Assembly: GCA_951406725.2 (NCBI GenBank)
Contig: OX597816.1
Location: 95,108,001 to 95,172,000, forward strand
Source: Octopus vulgaris
Lineage: Eukaryota
Length of the DNA stretch: 64,000 nucleotides
Direction of reading: 5' to 3'
Positions within the stretch are counted from its first letter, which is position 1, and the number at the start of each line of letters is the position of its first letter. The translations under genes were made by a program, and so were the position numbers. The notes beneath the pieces are model-generated. The model did no database searches and was not told the DNA's origin. It saw nothing but the letters and a program-made list of their open reading frames with translations. Below, piece by piece: positions 1-13,352 of the stretch.

Positions 1-410
1 AATCAGTCAAATGGGATCCATTATTGTCCACACACTGTCGAAGGCGTTCACGAAAGTTGTCAATAACTCGGCGGGTCATTTCATGTGGAATGGCAGTAAT
101 TTCTTGACGAATTGCATCTTAAAGTTGGTTGGCCGGTTGATTTTCGTTTCAATGCAGATCCAGTAGCTCTGAAGTTGGTAACCCATAACAAGATCGTGCT
201 TCGAGCTGGTACGGGATCATGTCTACCAAGATTGAAATGCAAACGGAACGCTCTTTGTGTTGCAGTTACAGAATCGTTTGTTTTGATAAACGTTTCCACA
301 ATGAAAGCGCGATGCTCACCAGTCCAATTCATGGCAGCAACTGAAAAAGAAACGAAAAACAATGCTTTTATTTAACCTACAAATGTGTCAGATCATTTTG
401 CCTGACCCTG
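1..410 (-). mobile_element. Tc1/mariner-family transposon, 5' end with N-terminal transposase fragment (cut by the window edge)
   Basis: ORF 81-362 (MNWTGEHRAFIVETFIKTNDSVTATQRAFRLHFN..PARSTILLWVTNFRATGS) resembles the DUF4817-type HTH N-terminus of Tc1/mariner transposases. The minus-strand terminus reads TA|CAGGGTCAGGCAAAATG, with TA at 411-412. Confidence 0.75.
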
Positions 411-484
411 TATGATTGTAAATAAAACGCGTTGGAATTTCCTTGAGTAATATACTCTTCTATACACAATCATGCACACCCGTG

Positions 485-598
<114 letters not shown>

Positions 599-600
599 CT

Positions 601-1286
601 AAATTGTAATTAAGGGCGTAGAAAAAATTCTTGCCTATATGCTGAAAGGAGACGCTAAACACCGTCGAACCACATTAAATTTCAGCATATAGACAAGAAT
701 TTTTTCTGTGCCTTTAATTATAATTGTATTTATGATTTCACCTTAATAGGTCTATCTTTTTATATGCTGGCCGCAGATAAAATTTTGAACAATTTTATCC
801 TTTCATGTTATAATTGAATTAATTCCCATTCACTTCGGGACAGTCTAGTCACTTATGTGCTATTCTTGACCGGTTACACACGTGTCTAGGCTTGCTATGG
901 AATTCAATATAGATATATTTGGGGTAATTATATGCATTTATGACATTATGTCTGCTTTTCTGTGGGTATGTATAAATATTTCATATATCTCCCTAGTATT
1001 CTCTGCTGACGAAGAGAAAACCTTTGGGTTAATCCAGAAATTGGCCGTTCCAGAGATGACTCAATTTCATGAATTTCCGTTAGCTTACTCCTTCGAGTTT
1101 TGACACGTGTGTAATAATAATAGTGATGGTATTTAATGGGGTTCGACGATTTAGCGTCTCCTTTCAGCATATAGGCAAGGATTTTTTCTATGCTCTTAAT
1201 TATAATTGTATTTCTTATTTCATCTTAATAGGTTTATCTTTTTATGTACTGGCCACTGATAAAATTTTTAACAATTTTATCCTTTT
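601..1286 (+). mobile_element. Non-coding ~482-nt unit with hammerhead motif, partial tandem copy and inverted 5' piece (PLE pLTR / retrozyme-like)
   Basis: TTCAGCATATAG.CAAG recurs at 681 and 1163 (period 482), with similarity extending ~125 nt. 601-680 is the reverse complement of ~1131-1210. Flanked by microsatellites. Confidence 0.7.
1000..1056 (+). ncRNA. Minimal type I hammerhead ribozyme motif
   Basis: Stem I TCTCTG(1000-1005)/CAGAGA(1051-1056), CTGACGA core (1006-1012), GAAA (1037-1040), loop III with palindromic GGCC, TTC cleavage triplet ending at 1050. Stems II and III are imperfect. Confidence 0.55.
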
Positions 1287-1330
1287 ATATTATATTATAT
1301 TATATTATATTATATTATATTATATTATAT

Positions 1331-1379
<49 letters not shown>

Positions 1380-1735
1380 GAGTTTACAAAAACAAAAAAC
1401 AAAAAACGAAAACGGGTGTAGGAACAACAGACAGATGTATTAGTTTAACGCTTGGGAAGTGAGAAAGCCTTTTACGTTTTGAGCCTACGCTCTTCGACAG
1501 AAAGGAACACAGAAATAAGCAGGGAGAGAAAATAGAATATATATATATATATATATATATATTTACAATTGAGGATAAAATCTTTATAAGAAATTATCAG
1601 TAGTTAGTGTGAAAAACCTCGTAAGAGAAAAAAATACGTAAATTTTTCCACTTTGAAAATATTTATTTATATTATATTATATTATATTATACCTCTTAGC
1701 GTGTGGTATCTACGAATAGTAGTACCCTCAATATA

Positions 1736-1780
<45 letters not shown>

Positions 1781-1849
1781 CCTGTCTTCATCTTTTGTTT
1801 TTCTGTAAATTTCAACTATACATCTATAAATTTTATAGAATATTTAATA

Positions 1850-2400
1850 GAAGAACGCTTAAGATCAGCTATTCTTGTTGCAAAATCTTCGCCCCTTTCA
1901 TTAACCAACACAACAATAAGATAATTGCCGATTCTTTTCCTAAGAACTGCAATTGTAAAGATGGGACCTCCTGTCTGTTGGAAGGAAAATGCCTGGAGAA
2001 AGGAATTGTGTATAGAGCCTAAGGGCAAATAGAAAGCTCACATGAATATAGAACTTATGCAGAGGCTTCTGAAAATTCTTTCGGACCCGATATTATTCTC
2101 ATAGAAATTCCTTCTGATACCCTGAAAATAGGACAAAGACCAGCCAGGCAAAATATGTCTGGGAATTAAAAGAAAATGAAACCCGGCCTTTCAACGTGAC
2201 ATGGAGAATTTTAGACAATGCATCACCTTACAGGCACGGTCGCATAAAAAGCCATCAAATGTAATTTATGTCTTTTGGAAAAGTTCTATATTTTATTCCA
2301 GGACAATAGCGTTTTGAAGCAAAGACGCGAACTCTTGAATTCCTGCAGACACGCAGCAAAATTTAAAATGTCAGCTGACAAAATTCCACATGGATAGTAT
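1850..2400 (+). mobile_element. Penelope-like element GIY-YIG endonuclease relic
   Basis: Frameshifted translation CNCKDGTSCLLEGKCLEKGIVYRA..AKYVWELKENETRPFNVTWRILDNASPY..CNLCLLEKFYIL..RRELLNSCRH matches the PLE Cys linker plus GIY-YIG C-terminus. Confidence 0.75.
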
Positions 2401-2936
2401 ATATTTTTTGAATCTTGAACTAGTTTTCAATCCCACTGTTGGATTTGTATTTTGTAATGCATGGTTAAAGATATTGTATATATTTCGACGTATTTCTTAA
2501 GAAAACCTTCGACTGTTATATGTATATATTATTTTCATGTTTAAGAATTTATTTTTATTTCATTTTATTGTAATTTACAAACCCATTTAATCGTTATATT
2601 TATAGATAATTCGATATATGGTTTTCCATTTTGCATATCTTTTATCCGATTATTATTATTTTGCGCTCAGTAATTAAAAAAAAAGTTGTTTGTATATATA
2701 CGTTAGGACCTAAATATGTTTTTATGTGGATGTCAGTATTGTAGGCATGCATATGTATTTGTATGTGTGCGTTTGTGTATATGTGTAAGTAAGCGGGCAT
2801 GTTTATACTTCTACACATACGTACATGGATGTATATGTATGCATGTATACACTTGTGGATATAAATTTACGTGCATATTTCCATATATTTATATATGTGA
2901 TCTCATTTGTGTACTTATATGCTAATATATACTTAC

Positions 2937-3002
<66 letters not shown>

Positions 3003-3982
3003 GTATGTATGTATGTATATATATATATATGTAATTTTATTTTATGTGTACTTTTGTTACACATATTCCATCACCTATCCCTCTTTCTTTCGCTAGCTGT
3101 TACGTTTATGGTTCTTCTTACTTTTTTCTTTCCCCCTCCCTAAGTTTAAGATATACTTCTTATCTCTCTTGTCTGTTATAACTGACTTCTATATGTATAC
3201 ACAAAGAGATTTTTGTACGCGGGCATGGTTGCATGCATATATGTATATGTATATTTGTGCGTATATCTATGCCTTACATATATATGCCTGTATATATATA
3301 TGTAACTATGTGTATGCATCTGTGTATTTCGATGTATATATATATATATTATAGATGCTCTAGTATGGGTATATACTGTTGTAAAATATATAATGCAATG
3401 CAGCATGAAAATTTTAATGTATTAATTGACTTATATTTCGTATATAATTATTTACAATATGTATTTTGAATCTACTCTTCGATTTAAAGTTTTCTTCGAT
3501 TTTTCAATAGAATGAATTTATATTGAATTCATTTATTTTGTCCATTGCATGCTTAAGACCGTTAATTGAAAGGACCAATGAAACAAATCCATTTTTAAAG
3601 GTGTATCCTTTAACTAGTTTTGATTATATCGTTATTTCTGTTCGATTTTAACAAAACTGTCCGACGTACGGGAACATAAAACTCTGAGTAACAACTTTTG
3701 TTATATTTCTGCTGCTTTTAAATAAAGAATATTACTCTACCTCTGGTATTTGAGTACTCTTTTTTCCACCTTGTTTCACATTTATTTATGTGCTTACTCC
3801 GGTATATATATATATATATATATGTATACAACTATTAGAGAGAATCCACTATGTGGACGCTCTTACGCTAGATATAGATCCGCAAAGAGAATCCACTACC
3901 AAGAATTGTTCTCAAGAAATAATTCAACACACCAAGAACGCAAGCGAGCAGGACAAATGAAAAGTAACGAAAATATAGATTA

Positions 3983-4058
3983 ACCCTATACAATTGTTTC
4001 TTCGTTAATAAATTATGTAATTTTACTTACATAAATATCTTCGAATCTTCAGTAGAGT
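3983..4058 (-). ncRNA. Minimal type I hammerhead ribozyme motif with canonical core
   Basis: Minus strand: ACTCTA-CTGAAGA-TTCG..long AT-rich stem II..CGAA-GAAA-CAATTG-TA-TAGGGT. Stem I is 6 bp, stem/loop III is the palindrome ACAATTGT, and the GUA cleavage site falls between 3989 and 3988. Confidence 0.75.
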
Positions 4059-6949
4059 ACGTCAAAAATATAATTTGTCGAACTGCACGGCAAATATCAA
4101 CACGAGGTTAGAGAGAGACGCACAGTTCGGCCGATTATATTCACAGTTACATTCAAATGCCCTCGTTCTGGCGCGCTAAATTCCCGGATATAAATACTGC
4201 ATAGGTAATTTACTGCAGTAGTTTAGGCCGGTTTGAGAACATATTAATTTATAATTAATTTATATTATTTTGATTTATATATATATATATATATATACAT
4301 ACATGTACTAAATACTATATGTATGTGTGCACTAAATACTAAATACAATATATCTATCTATCTATCTCTATATATATGTATACATATATAAATGTAACTA
4401 GAGGCTGACATCAAAAGTTGACTATGCTATAAGTACATCATTTCTGACTGTATAATCCTTGTAGAGTCAGAATATATTACTCAGCCACGGTCGTATCTGT
4501 AGCTGCACGTATTGAACTATACACTGATACTTCGACGTGAAGACGAATAAAAAGTTTTTTTTTATCAACATCTACCAAACATAATATATGACAACGGCCT
4601 GGCTACAATCTGAGTTATACCTTTTCTGAATGACAAGATGATGAATGATCATGGACAGACACTAAAATGTCTATTCTGGTAGGCATCTTGAATCCTTCTA
4701 GTCTCATAATGAACTCGAGAAACTAACAAAGTGCAAGGACATCAAAATATAAATAAAATGGATGTCGGTTACGAGGGTAAATTTAAGTGTGGGATAATGA
4801 ATGTAGAAGAAAGATAGTTTCAGTAATTAATTTAGAGTACGACATAAGGTAACAAAGAATATAGAAAAAGTAATCCTACTAAAACTGGGGTTTACGCAAT
4901 CTGTGTAGAGCTGAAATGAAAAAAAAAATAGCAATGGCAGGTTTACTACCCAAGTCACTTTCAATTCAACTGCAAAAGTCGTACAGTGCACATTTTAAAG
5001 AAACACAGAAGTGCACCTAATGGTAATGGTGTAAATGAAGCTTTTGTAAAACTATTGAAAACCGGATGTTTTTGCTGTTACCACCACCGCCACCACCACC
5101 AGAACTGAACATCAGAGAGAACTCTACAGAAAACTCTCTCTGGAGTTGAAAAAAAGCTTATTGGATTTGAAATGAGAAACTACTAACAAATACTCCAACA
5201 GGAGTACAACTTTGCTTAAAACACTCAATAAATGTTAACCTGGATGAAACAACTTTAAAATCACCGCACAATAACTTCTAACAGAAAATATAACAGACAT
5301 TATTTCTACGAATAATGAGCTCAAAGAAGATGTGTTCAAAGAAAATGTGAGGGTGTATGGCTAAATACTACTGGATCCATAGGAAGTTACAATTCCAAAA
5401 GTCATAGCGAAATGTCATAAGCTGTCACAATGACCATATTAATAGCAGACATTGTAAGAATAATAAGGAATGTGTTACTTATGTACGAACACCAAGATCG
5501 GCGAAATCATTCAGCATTTTATTTTCAAAATGCAGTTGTCTGGTTACACAGAGAAAGACATGCTCAAGTGTGTATATAAAAAAAAAAACAAGTCGATAAT
5601 ATTCTAGAAAATATCAAACTTTTGATGAGATGGAGCATAACTCCTATATTAGTCATGGAAAAACTGCAACCTGCGTGACTTTCTGAATGGCATGCCTAAC
5701 TAAATGTTATCTTGAATGTTTTTAAATAGCGCAACCTGCTTGATGATGTCTCGTGCGGCCCACTTCTCGAAGAATGTTCCCCATTCCTGTTCTACACTGT
5801 AAGAAGTTTCGGAAGAGCTTTGGAAGATTTAGGGATAATAATAAGATAATCAAGTCAGGTACATGGTACGGTAATAATAGGTCTTATCATATTTAAAGAT
5901 CTAGAGAATTAACTAGATCTTCCAAAGTTAAAAAAAAAGTTAAATCAAAGTTTAAAAAATCAAAACAAAACAGGTAAGTCTATTAAATCGATTCTCCTTT
6001 TGACAAGGACATATACGAAGGTGATTGTGAAATATGTACCACAAACTTAAAAAATGCTGAATCTGTGCTAACCTCTCTGAAGCTTATGTACGAGAGACAG
6101 TTCTTGGATTTTATCAAAGTGTCCAGTTATTACTGGAATAGTCATACTGGTTAGAAAACTACTTGTACATTTTTGCTGACACTGGATAAGTGTAGATATT
6201 AGATTTACTCAACTCTATATGATGCTTAGACAAGTAACTAACCGAATCAGTTTGCGTACAAGAAAGCAAAACGAGTGTCAGCCGTAAATCTGGAATAACA
6301 ACAATGTACCACCCACAAGAAATGCATATTTCCTCTCATCCACTGAAATTAGTTTTATACACACAATTTTCGTATGGATGTGCTCAAATCCATGTGAGTG
6401 TATGTGTGTGTGCTGTTGGTAGCATTGTTCTTACGTTGCTGTTGTTTAGCCCTAAGTAAATTCTTATCGAGAAAATCTATGATCATAATGAAACCATAAC
6501 AACATGGGGTCTTCCTTGCTTGAAGTTTTGTTTTAGGGTGATATTATATAAAAATAAAAGCATGAACCTCTACTGTTTTAACCAGCCGTATCAGGCCCTA
6601 ATATTCTATCTCTTTTTTGTTCGAATCATCCATATGCGGTCTCTCACACTTACCCTTCAATGACATTCTCAGAATTAACGATCACATCATCAAACTCTTG
6701 AAGCTACGATATAATGCATGGCTAATTCAAATTAATGAGAATAAATAAGCTCCACTTCCTAAACCATCAATTTAAGAAGTAATACGAGATCCAAAATGCA
6801 AGTCACTTCTGATGTTTATTACTGAAAACTAATCAAAACAAGCCGAGATAGGGTGGAGGAGATATGAAATATTAGAATTCCTACCTAAATCACAAGAAGT
6901 ATATATTTGAAAAAGATGCTATTTTAAAATAAAGAAAGAAAAAAACTAT

Positions 6950-7900
6950 ATACAAACTGGTTTTAGGTGCCTGAAAATAGTTTATCTGTTGGTCAGTCAT
7001 GCCTCACTGCTTGAACAGGAAGCACAACCTAATTCTGCTACGTTGGTTGACCTCTACATTTTTCTAATAAACTGGTTACAAAGTCCTACGATGTAAAAAT
7101 GATTCACATTTTCGGCAAGCAATGGTAAATACTTCTCCAGTGGAATGGATTTTTTTTTAATGACAGATCTTGTGAAATCACTTTTCCGCATATTTTGGCC
7201 TAGATGGTAACCTTTGGTTTTTTGATCAGATTTGAAGTAACAAGTTTTTCTTCGACAATAAGTTCCAGTAAAGAGGTTTCCTTGGTGATTGCTGCATTGT
7301 TAGAGTTTACATGAAATCCCTTTTTTAGCTGTCATTCTTTTGCCTTCAGATAATGATACGATCTCATGCTATATGTTGTGAGAAACAGGTATTTCAGATA
7401 GAAAACAGATGTTTTTGATAGAACACCTTTGTTGCTGGTCGATAACTTTCAGTTTGAGCTGGTATTTTATTATATACGTCTTTGTTTGACAACGTTTATC
7501 ATCCTAATAATATATCGGGCACGCCCAGCTAACAAAACTCTTGCTTATTACTCATTCATCATCAATACTTTCATATTTCTGTTCGAAATAACTTCCGCAA
7601 GCTATTTCTCAATAAATACCACACATTAAGCACATTTTCTAAGTTCTTTCCATGCTCTGTGTTTAACGACACATCCTTTCCACGTATAAAAAAAGCTGTA
7701 CGGAAAAGAGGAGCTGTAGACTGCTTCTTTTGCCCAGTTCTGCCAAATTGTTTCGTCTTATTACAGAAATGTTATTTAGCACATCTTGATATGCTTAGAG
7801 TTCGCGCTACTTACGTATTGTTCTTCGTCATAGGATATGAGATGATTCTTACTGGGCAGTTTGCTCATACTCGAGTGAACCATCTTTGTGCCAGGTGTTA
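6950..7900 (-). mobile_element. Heavily decayed retroelement relic, possibly PLE
   Basis: Minus-strand VFTIACRKCESF near 7090-7135 resembles the PLE GIY-YIG motif VYxIxCxxCxxxYIG. Many stops. Confidence 0.3.
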
Positions 7901-7932
7901 ACATTTTAGATGGAGGCAATACTGTTATATTG

Positions 7933-8368
7933 GTTTCAATTTTCGCACGTGGCCAGCAGTTTAGAGGACGGAGTTAAGTATATTACATCGATCCCTGTAC
8001 TGAACTGGTACTTATTTTATTGACCTTGGAAGGGATGAAAGGTGAAGTCGACATCGGCGGAATTTGAACTCAGAACGCAGAGACTGACGAAACGCCGCTA
8101 AGCGTTTTGTCTAGCGCGCTAACGATTCTGCTATCTGACCGCCTAAGTTAATACTATAATACTGATTTCAAATTTTGGCTCAAGGTTTCAGGGTAGGGTT
8201 AACTCGATTGCATCGATCCCAGTACGCAACTGGTACTTAATTTATCGACCCCGAAAAGGATGAAAGACGAAGTCGACTTCGGTAGAATTTGAACTCAGAA
8301 CGTAGAGCCGGACGAAATGCTGATAAGCATTTTACCTAGCGTGCTAACGATTCTGCCAGCTCAGCCGC
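7933..8368 (-). mobile_element. Two tandem tRNA-derived SINEs (family A)
   Basis: Reverse complement of the family A consensus (ggcagaatcgttagc..gttctgagttcaaattccgccgaggtcgactttgcctttcatcctttcggggtcgataaa..agtacc), which recurs many times in the window. Confidence 0.85.
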
Positions 8369-10288
8369 CCGCCCGCGGCAATATTAGTTCTCTAATTTCC
8401 CTAATGATCAAGCAACATTTACTTGATTAGCAGTTTAAGCTCTCAAGCTAGGATATATATATATCATTAGTAGATTTGCATTTCCTGGTTTATCTAATTT
8501 TAACCGTTGTACCAAATTCTGAAGGCATGTTAATTCCATAGTGGTTATATATTGCCCTTATAAAGATCTTCATTAGGATATCTTTCACCGTGAATTTTAA
8601 CTGTTTCAGTTTTATCATCAACGCCAGTAAGCGAGCAATATCATTCACAATATTCTTTTCTACAGTCTAAACAATAATCTCTCCAAAAACGGATTGTTTT
8701 ACACTGATGCTTTTTCTTCGTTACTTCTTGTCCGACGGAAATTTTTTCTCGCCATTGTGAATTAACCTAAACATTTTAATAAATTTTCCTTACGAATGTT
8801 TGGGATATTTTATAACCGATTTGTAGTTTCCCAGATATATAAAGGGAACTTGTGAATCATTCAGTTCAAGAATGCTCAATCTTCGTAGTTTCGTAGACTG
8901 ACACTTGCAAATAAGATTTAGTAGTCAAGCTTGTCAAATAGCGATCCAGTAGAAACCAAGACATGTGTATTTACTTATGTATCTCAGTCACTTGTTCAAA
9001 TATATTATAAGTATTAATAAGATTCCACACACACACACACACAACAACAACAAGTTATTAAGTTTGTACACAGTATGAATCCTGTCTGACGGAATAACGG
9101 AATTATACTCTTTTCCTAAGATTATATCTTAACAGCTTTCTGTTTGTTCACCCTACCAAATATAGCCTATTGTTTGCGAGAAAATATTCAGTTGGTAGCA
9201 TTGTTGTTACTGCTGAAAGTAACGATAGTTTATTAGTGGTGGTCTTAATGTTGTTGAAAGTGTTGTTGTTGTTATTGTCATTAATACAAGTGTTTCTAGT
9301 GGAGTTGTTGGTATCGCAGCTTCTGGTCAGTTCTCATGGGCAAGCCTTTGCTCAAAAGCTTTCCAGCCGTGACTACCACGTTTTGTTTTCAGGAATATTA
9401 AAGCAAGAGATTCTCTATTTAATGCGTTCTTTCATTTCAAAGGTATAGGGTTTAAATGGAGGCCGATTAGGGTGCTGTTATTTCTAGCATCCCATAGAAC
9501 TATGCAGAGGCTCAGGTGTTACTGTTAATAGATTGTTTTCGTTCGTTTGATACTGTCAGTGTTGTTGCTGTGTTTTTTTTGTTTATACAACAACACTAAT
9601 ATTACTACAATAACAACAAAAGTCACCATCAGTGACAAGAACATACCACACCCACCACATTCCTTTTGCCATCCTACGAATGTGAGGAGATGAGAGCGGG
9701 TGCGAGCGGGAAGAAAAATGCTGTAAGACTTATGGGATGGCAAGAAGAACGTTCAGGGTGTGGTATGTTCACGTCATTGATGATGACTTTTATTGTTATT
9801 GTAGTGATGTTTAGCGGTGTTGTAGCAATACTGGTCTATGTCGCGGTGGTGGCAATTTAATTAAAGAGGACGGTGTCGATGTTGGGGACTGATGCTGACA
9901 ATAGGAATGGCTGTACTTGTAATAACCCTTCCTTACGATGATTGCAAGCAGTAGGAGGAATGCTGGTGGTAATAATTGTTCTGATATTAGTGATGGTGAT
10001 GATAATGATGATGGTGGTGGTGGTGGTAATTGTGTGGGTGATGATGATAGTAACGGTAATATCAGTTGTGTAGTGGCAATAGTTGGGAGTAGCAGCATCA
10101 GTAGTTCTAGCTGAGGAGGTGGCAGTAATAATGCGTAGTGGTAGTGGTGGTAGCAGTGGCAGTACCGTTTTCATTAATGTTCACTATTAAGGTTAATAAC
10201 TTGCTGTCGACAGCTAACATCCGTAGTCAAGTACCAAACTGACATTCAGTGATTCTTTGACATTTGCCGTCTTCAGCTACATCCCACC

Positions 10289-10293
<5 letters not shown>

Positions 10294-10342
<49 letters not shown>

Positions 10343-10543
10343 TGCGTGCGCTTGTGTGTGTGTGTGTGTGTATGGAAACTAACGCAGAATGATTGTAGCG
10401 TTAAGTTTATGAAAGAAATACATCCTTCCTATCCTAGTTCATATTGTTGTGTTGTATAAGAATGAATTAAAATAAACGACAGAATTGGTAAAAAATATAT
10501 AAAAATATGACAAATAGCACGCACGCACGCACGCACGCACGTA

Positions 10544-10603
<60 letters not shown>

Positions 10604-10636
10604 CGCACGCACCCACACACACACACACACACGCAC
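10294..10636. repeat. (TG)n and (GCAC)n/(CA)n microsatellites
   Basis: Visible arrays at ~10294-10371 and ~10517-10636. Confidence 0.9.
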
Positions 10637-10664
10637 ACCATTTATAAACTCCAAGTGTGAATTG

Positions 10665-11040
10665 TTAAAAATTGTATTATTTTACACCTGTTAGATCATT
10701 TTAATAAAAAGAAGTAGGAAAGCAAAGAGATAAGAAAGGAAAAGAGAGAAAAGGAAAAAAAGTGTGTGTGTTTGGAGTGGGGGGGAACTAGCGGAAAACG
10801 GGGGAGGAGGAAGGGACGATGGGCCCCATACCCCCAAAACAGACGCTGTAATAACCACAATGGCGTTGCCGCGGAGAATGGCTAGCGATATTCGCTGCAG
10901 CAGCTCCTTCATCACGCTGGACTCATTTCCCCGACGTGCCACCGTTATCCCTATTTTGCGGAGGAAATCGGTTGTACAGGGTCCCAGAACACATGACGTC
11001 TCGACGACGATCGGCACAAACTGATATGATGGTCATTGAA
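10665..11040 (-). mobile_element. 3' end of a CRE-clade-like non-LTR retrotransposon (REL endonuclease C-terminus)
   Basis: FVPIVVETSCVLGPCTTDFLRKIG..LLQRISLAILRGNA fits the FxPxxxETxGxxG..LxQRISxAxQRGNA terminal motif of CRE-type elements. Confidence 0.7.
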
Positions 11041-11104
11041 TGTTCAGGATGACATATACGGAGGTCATTGAAAATTTAGGAACGTCAATAATATTTTCTG
11101 TTAA

Positions 11105-11490
11105 AAGCACAAGGTCTGAAATTTATGGGGAAGGGTTAAGTCGATTACATCGACCCCAGTGCGTAACTGGTGCTTAATTTATCGACCCCGAAAAGATGAA
11201 ACCAAAGTCGACCTCGGCGGAATTTGAACTCAGAGCGTAGCGACGGGCGAAATACCTATTTCTTTACTACCCACAAGGAGCTAAACACAGAGGGGACAAA
11301 CAAGGACAGACAAACGGATTAAGTTGATTATATTGACCCCAATACGTGACTGGTACTTATTTAATCAACCCCGAAAGGATGAAAGGCAAAGTCGACCTCG
11401 GCGGAATTTGAACTCAGAACGTAGCGACAGACGAAATGCAGTTAAGCATTTCGCCCGACGTGCTAACGTTTCTGCCATCTCGCCGCCTTA
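11105..11490 (-). mobile_element. Family A SINE, composite with duplicated central domain
   Basis: Two copies of cgaccccgaaag.atgaaa..caaagtcgacctcggcggaatttgaactcag. Confidence 0.85.
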
Positions 11491-12664
11491 GGAACGTCAA
11501 TAATTGTGAGATGACGTGGGTGGTTTGGTTATATTTTCATCTTTGTTTGTTTGTTTGTTTGTTTGTTTGTTTCTTTCTTTCTTTATGCTTTTGGGTGGAT
11601 TTGGGTGCCTTTGCAAAAAAGTTGAAGATTTTACAAGGGTTTACAATCTCTGTGTACGTGTGTATGTGTGTGTGTTATGTGTGTGTGTGTTATGTGTGTG
11701 TGTGTATGTGTGTATGTGTGTGTATACCCTTATAGATGTTTAACAACGCTACTAGGCGTCCAGGCTGATTTGAAATTCTGCCTGTATTTTCTTGAAGTCT
11801 GGAAAAATGGATTTGATGGAGATTCGGATCAGGACACCAGTATAAGTTGGATTTTTTCTGTTTTGACGAATATTTTCCCAGTTTTTTTCACCATGGCCGT
11901 TGAAATGATGGGAGAAGCATTTTATGAAAAAAAGTTGGTACTTTCTGGTTATCTCACCTTCATCAAAAAATTGAGTTATCTCCCACCGTTTTACGAGAAA
12001 TATCGGTACTTCTGGTTATCAACTACAAAAAAAAAAAAAAATTAACTCTCAATAAAACAACAAAAAGAACCGAAAAATTAATAAACATGAAAACTGAAAA
12101 AATTAAACATCTTATTGAATCTAATAACAATTTTATGATAATTCATACCATGCCTATTGAGGAGGTCAAACATCAATAAAGTGTTAAAGTATTGAATCAA
12201 AAGGATTTAACTTTTTTAATCCAATCTCATGTCGCCACATTAACTCGATTTTTTAGTGGGGAGATAACCCAATTTTTTTATGGCAATTTTTTTAATGGGG
12301 TGAGATAACCAGAAAGTACCAAAAGGTTTTTGAAAATTTATGATTTTTTTCTACCCAGCTCTTTTACATCGCCCTCCAGACGGATTTTGGCCCATTTTTG
12401 TTTGGCATTATCCACTTACAAACGATAGGAGAAGCTTTTTGGTAAAAAAAGAAATAAAATTTTGAAAATATTTTCTGACGGAAAGGTGTCTGATTTAAGG
12501 GAAATTGAGCCGTTGTCTCTAACACATCCCACAAACACGTGATACCATTCTCGTTTCTTCCTCACCGTCGGCACGAAGGAAACGTGTGTGTGTGTGTGTG
12601 TGTGTATGTGTGTGTGTGTATCTGTGTGTGTGTGTATGTGTGTGTGTAAGAAAAACATATTGAA

Positions 12665-12817
12665 AACCCGAGTACTTATTTTTTAAGCTGGGTACTTATT
12701 CTGTGGGTTTCTTACACCGAACCGCTAAGCTAGGGGGGGGGGCGTAAACAAAACAACACCACTTGTCAAGCGGTGTCGGGGGACAAACAGATCACAAACA
12801 CTAAAACACACGCACAC

Positions 12818-12882
<65 letters not shown>

Positions 12883-13010
12883 CTTCCTTTAGTTTCCGTC
12901 TACCAAATCGACACAAGGCTTTGGTCGGCCTGTAACATCACACAATGAAACTGAACTTAAGACCACATGGTTGGGAAGCAAGCTTCTTAACCACTCAGTT
13001 ACGCTTGCAT
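12665..13010 (-). mobile_element. tRNA-derived SINE (family B, internal CA repeat)
   Basis: Reverse complement of the family B consensus also seen at 13960, 29320 and 56779. Confidence 0.8.
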
Positions 13011-13082
13011 CAATATGTGACTTAAAATTCTGGTTTTACACCGTAATTGAATATTCATAATATTTAAGTCGCATTAAGCACA

Positions 13083-13268
13083 AGTGTGGTAAGAAGTTTA
13101 CTTCCTAACTACATGGTTCCGGGTTCAGTCTTACTGTGTGGTACCTTCGGCAAGTGTCTTCTGCTATACACCTCGGGCCGACAAAAACCTTATAAGTGGA
13201 TCTGGTAGACGGAGACTGGAAGAAGACTATATATATATATATATATATATAGTCTTCTTCCAGTCTCC

Positions 13269-13352
<84 letters not shown>

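Noticed and set aside
1123-3469. Many YI-repeat ORFs here, and similar ORFs at 16.5-17.5, 37, 46, 59.8-60.7 and 63 kb
   Set aside because: They are translations of microsatellites, not genes
4600-5620. Faint REL-LINE and PLE-like peptide traces
   Set aside because: Matches are too short and degenerate
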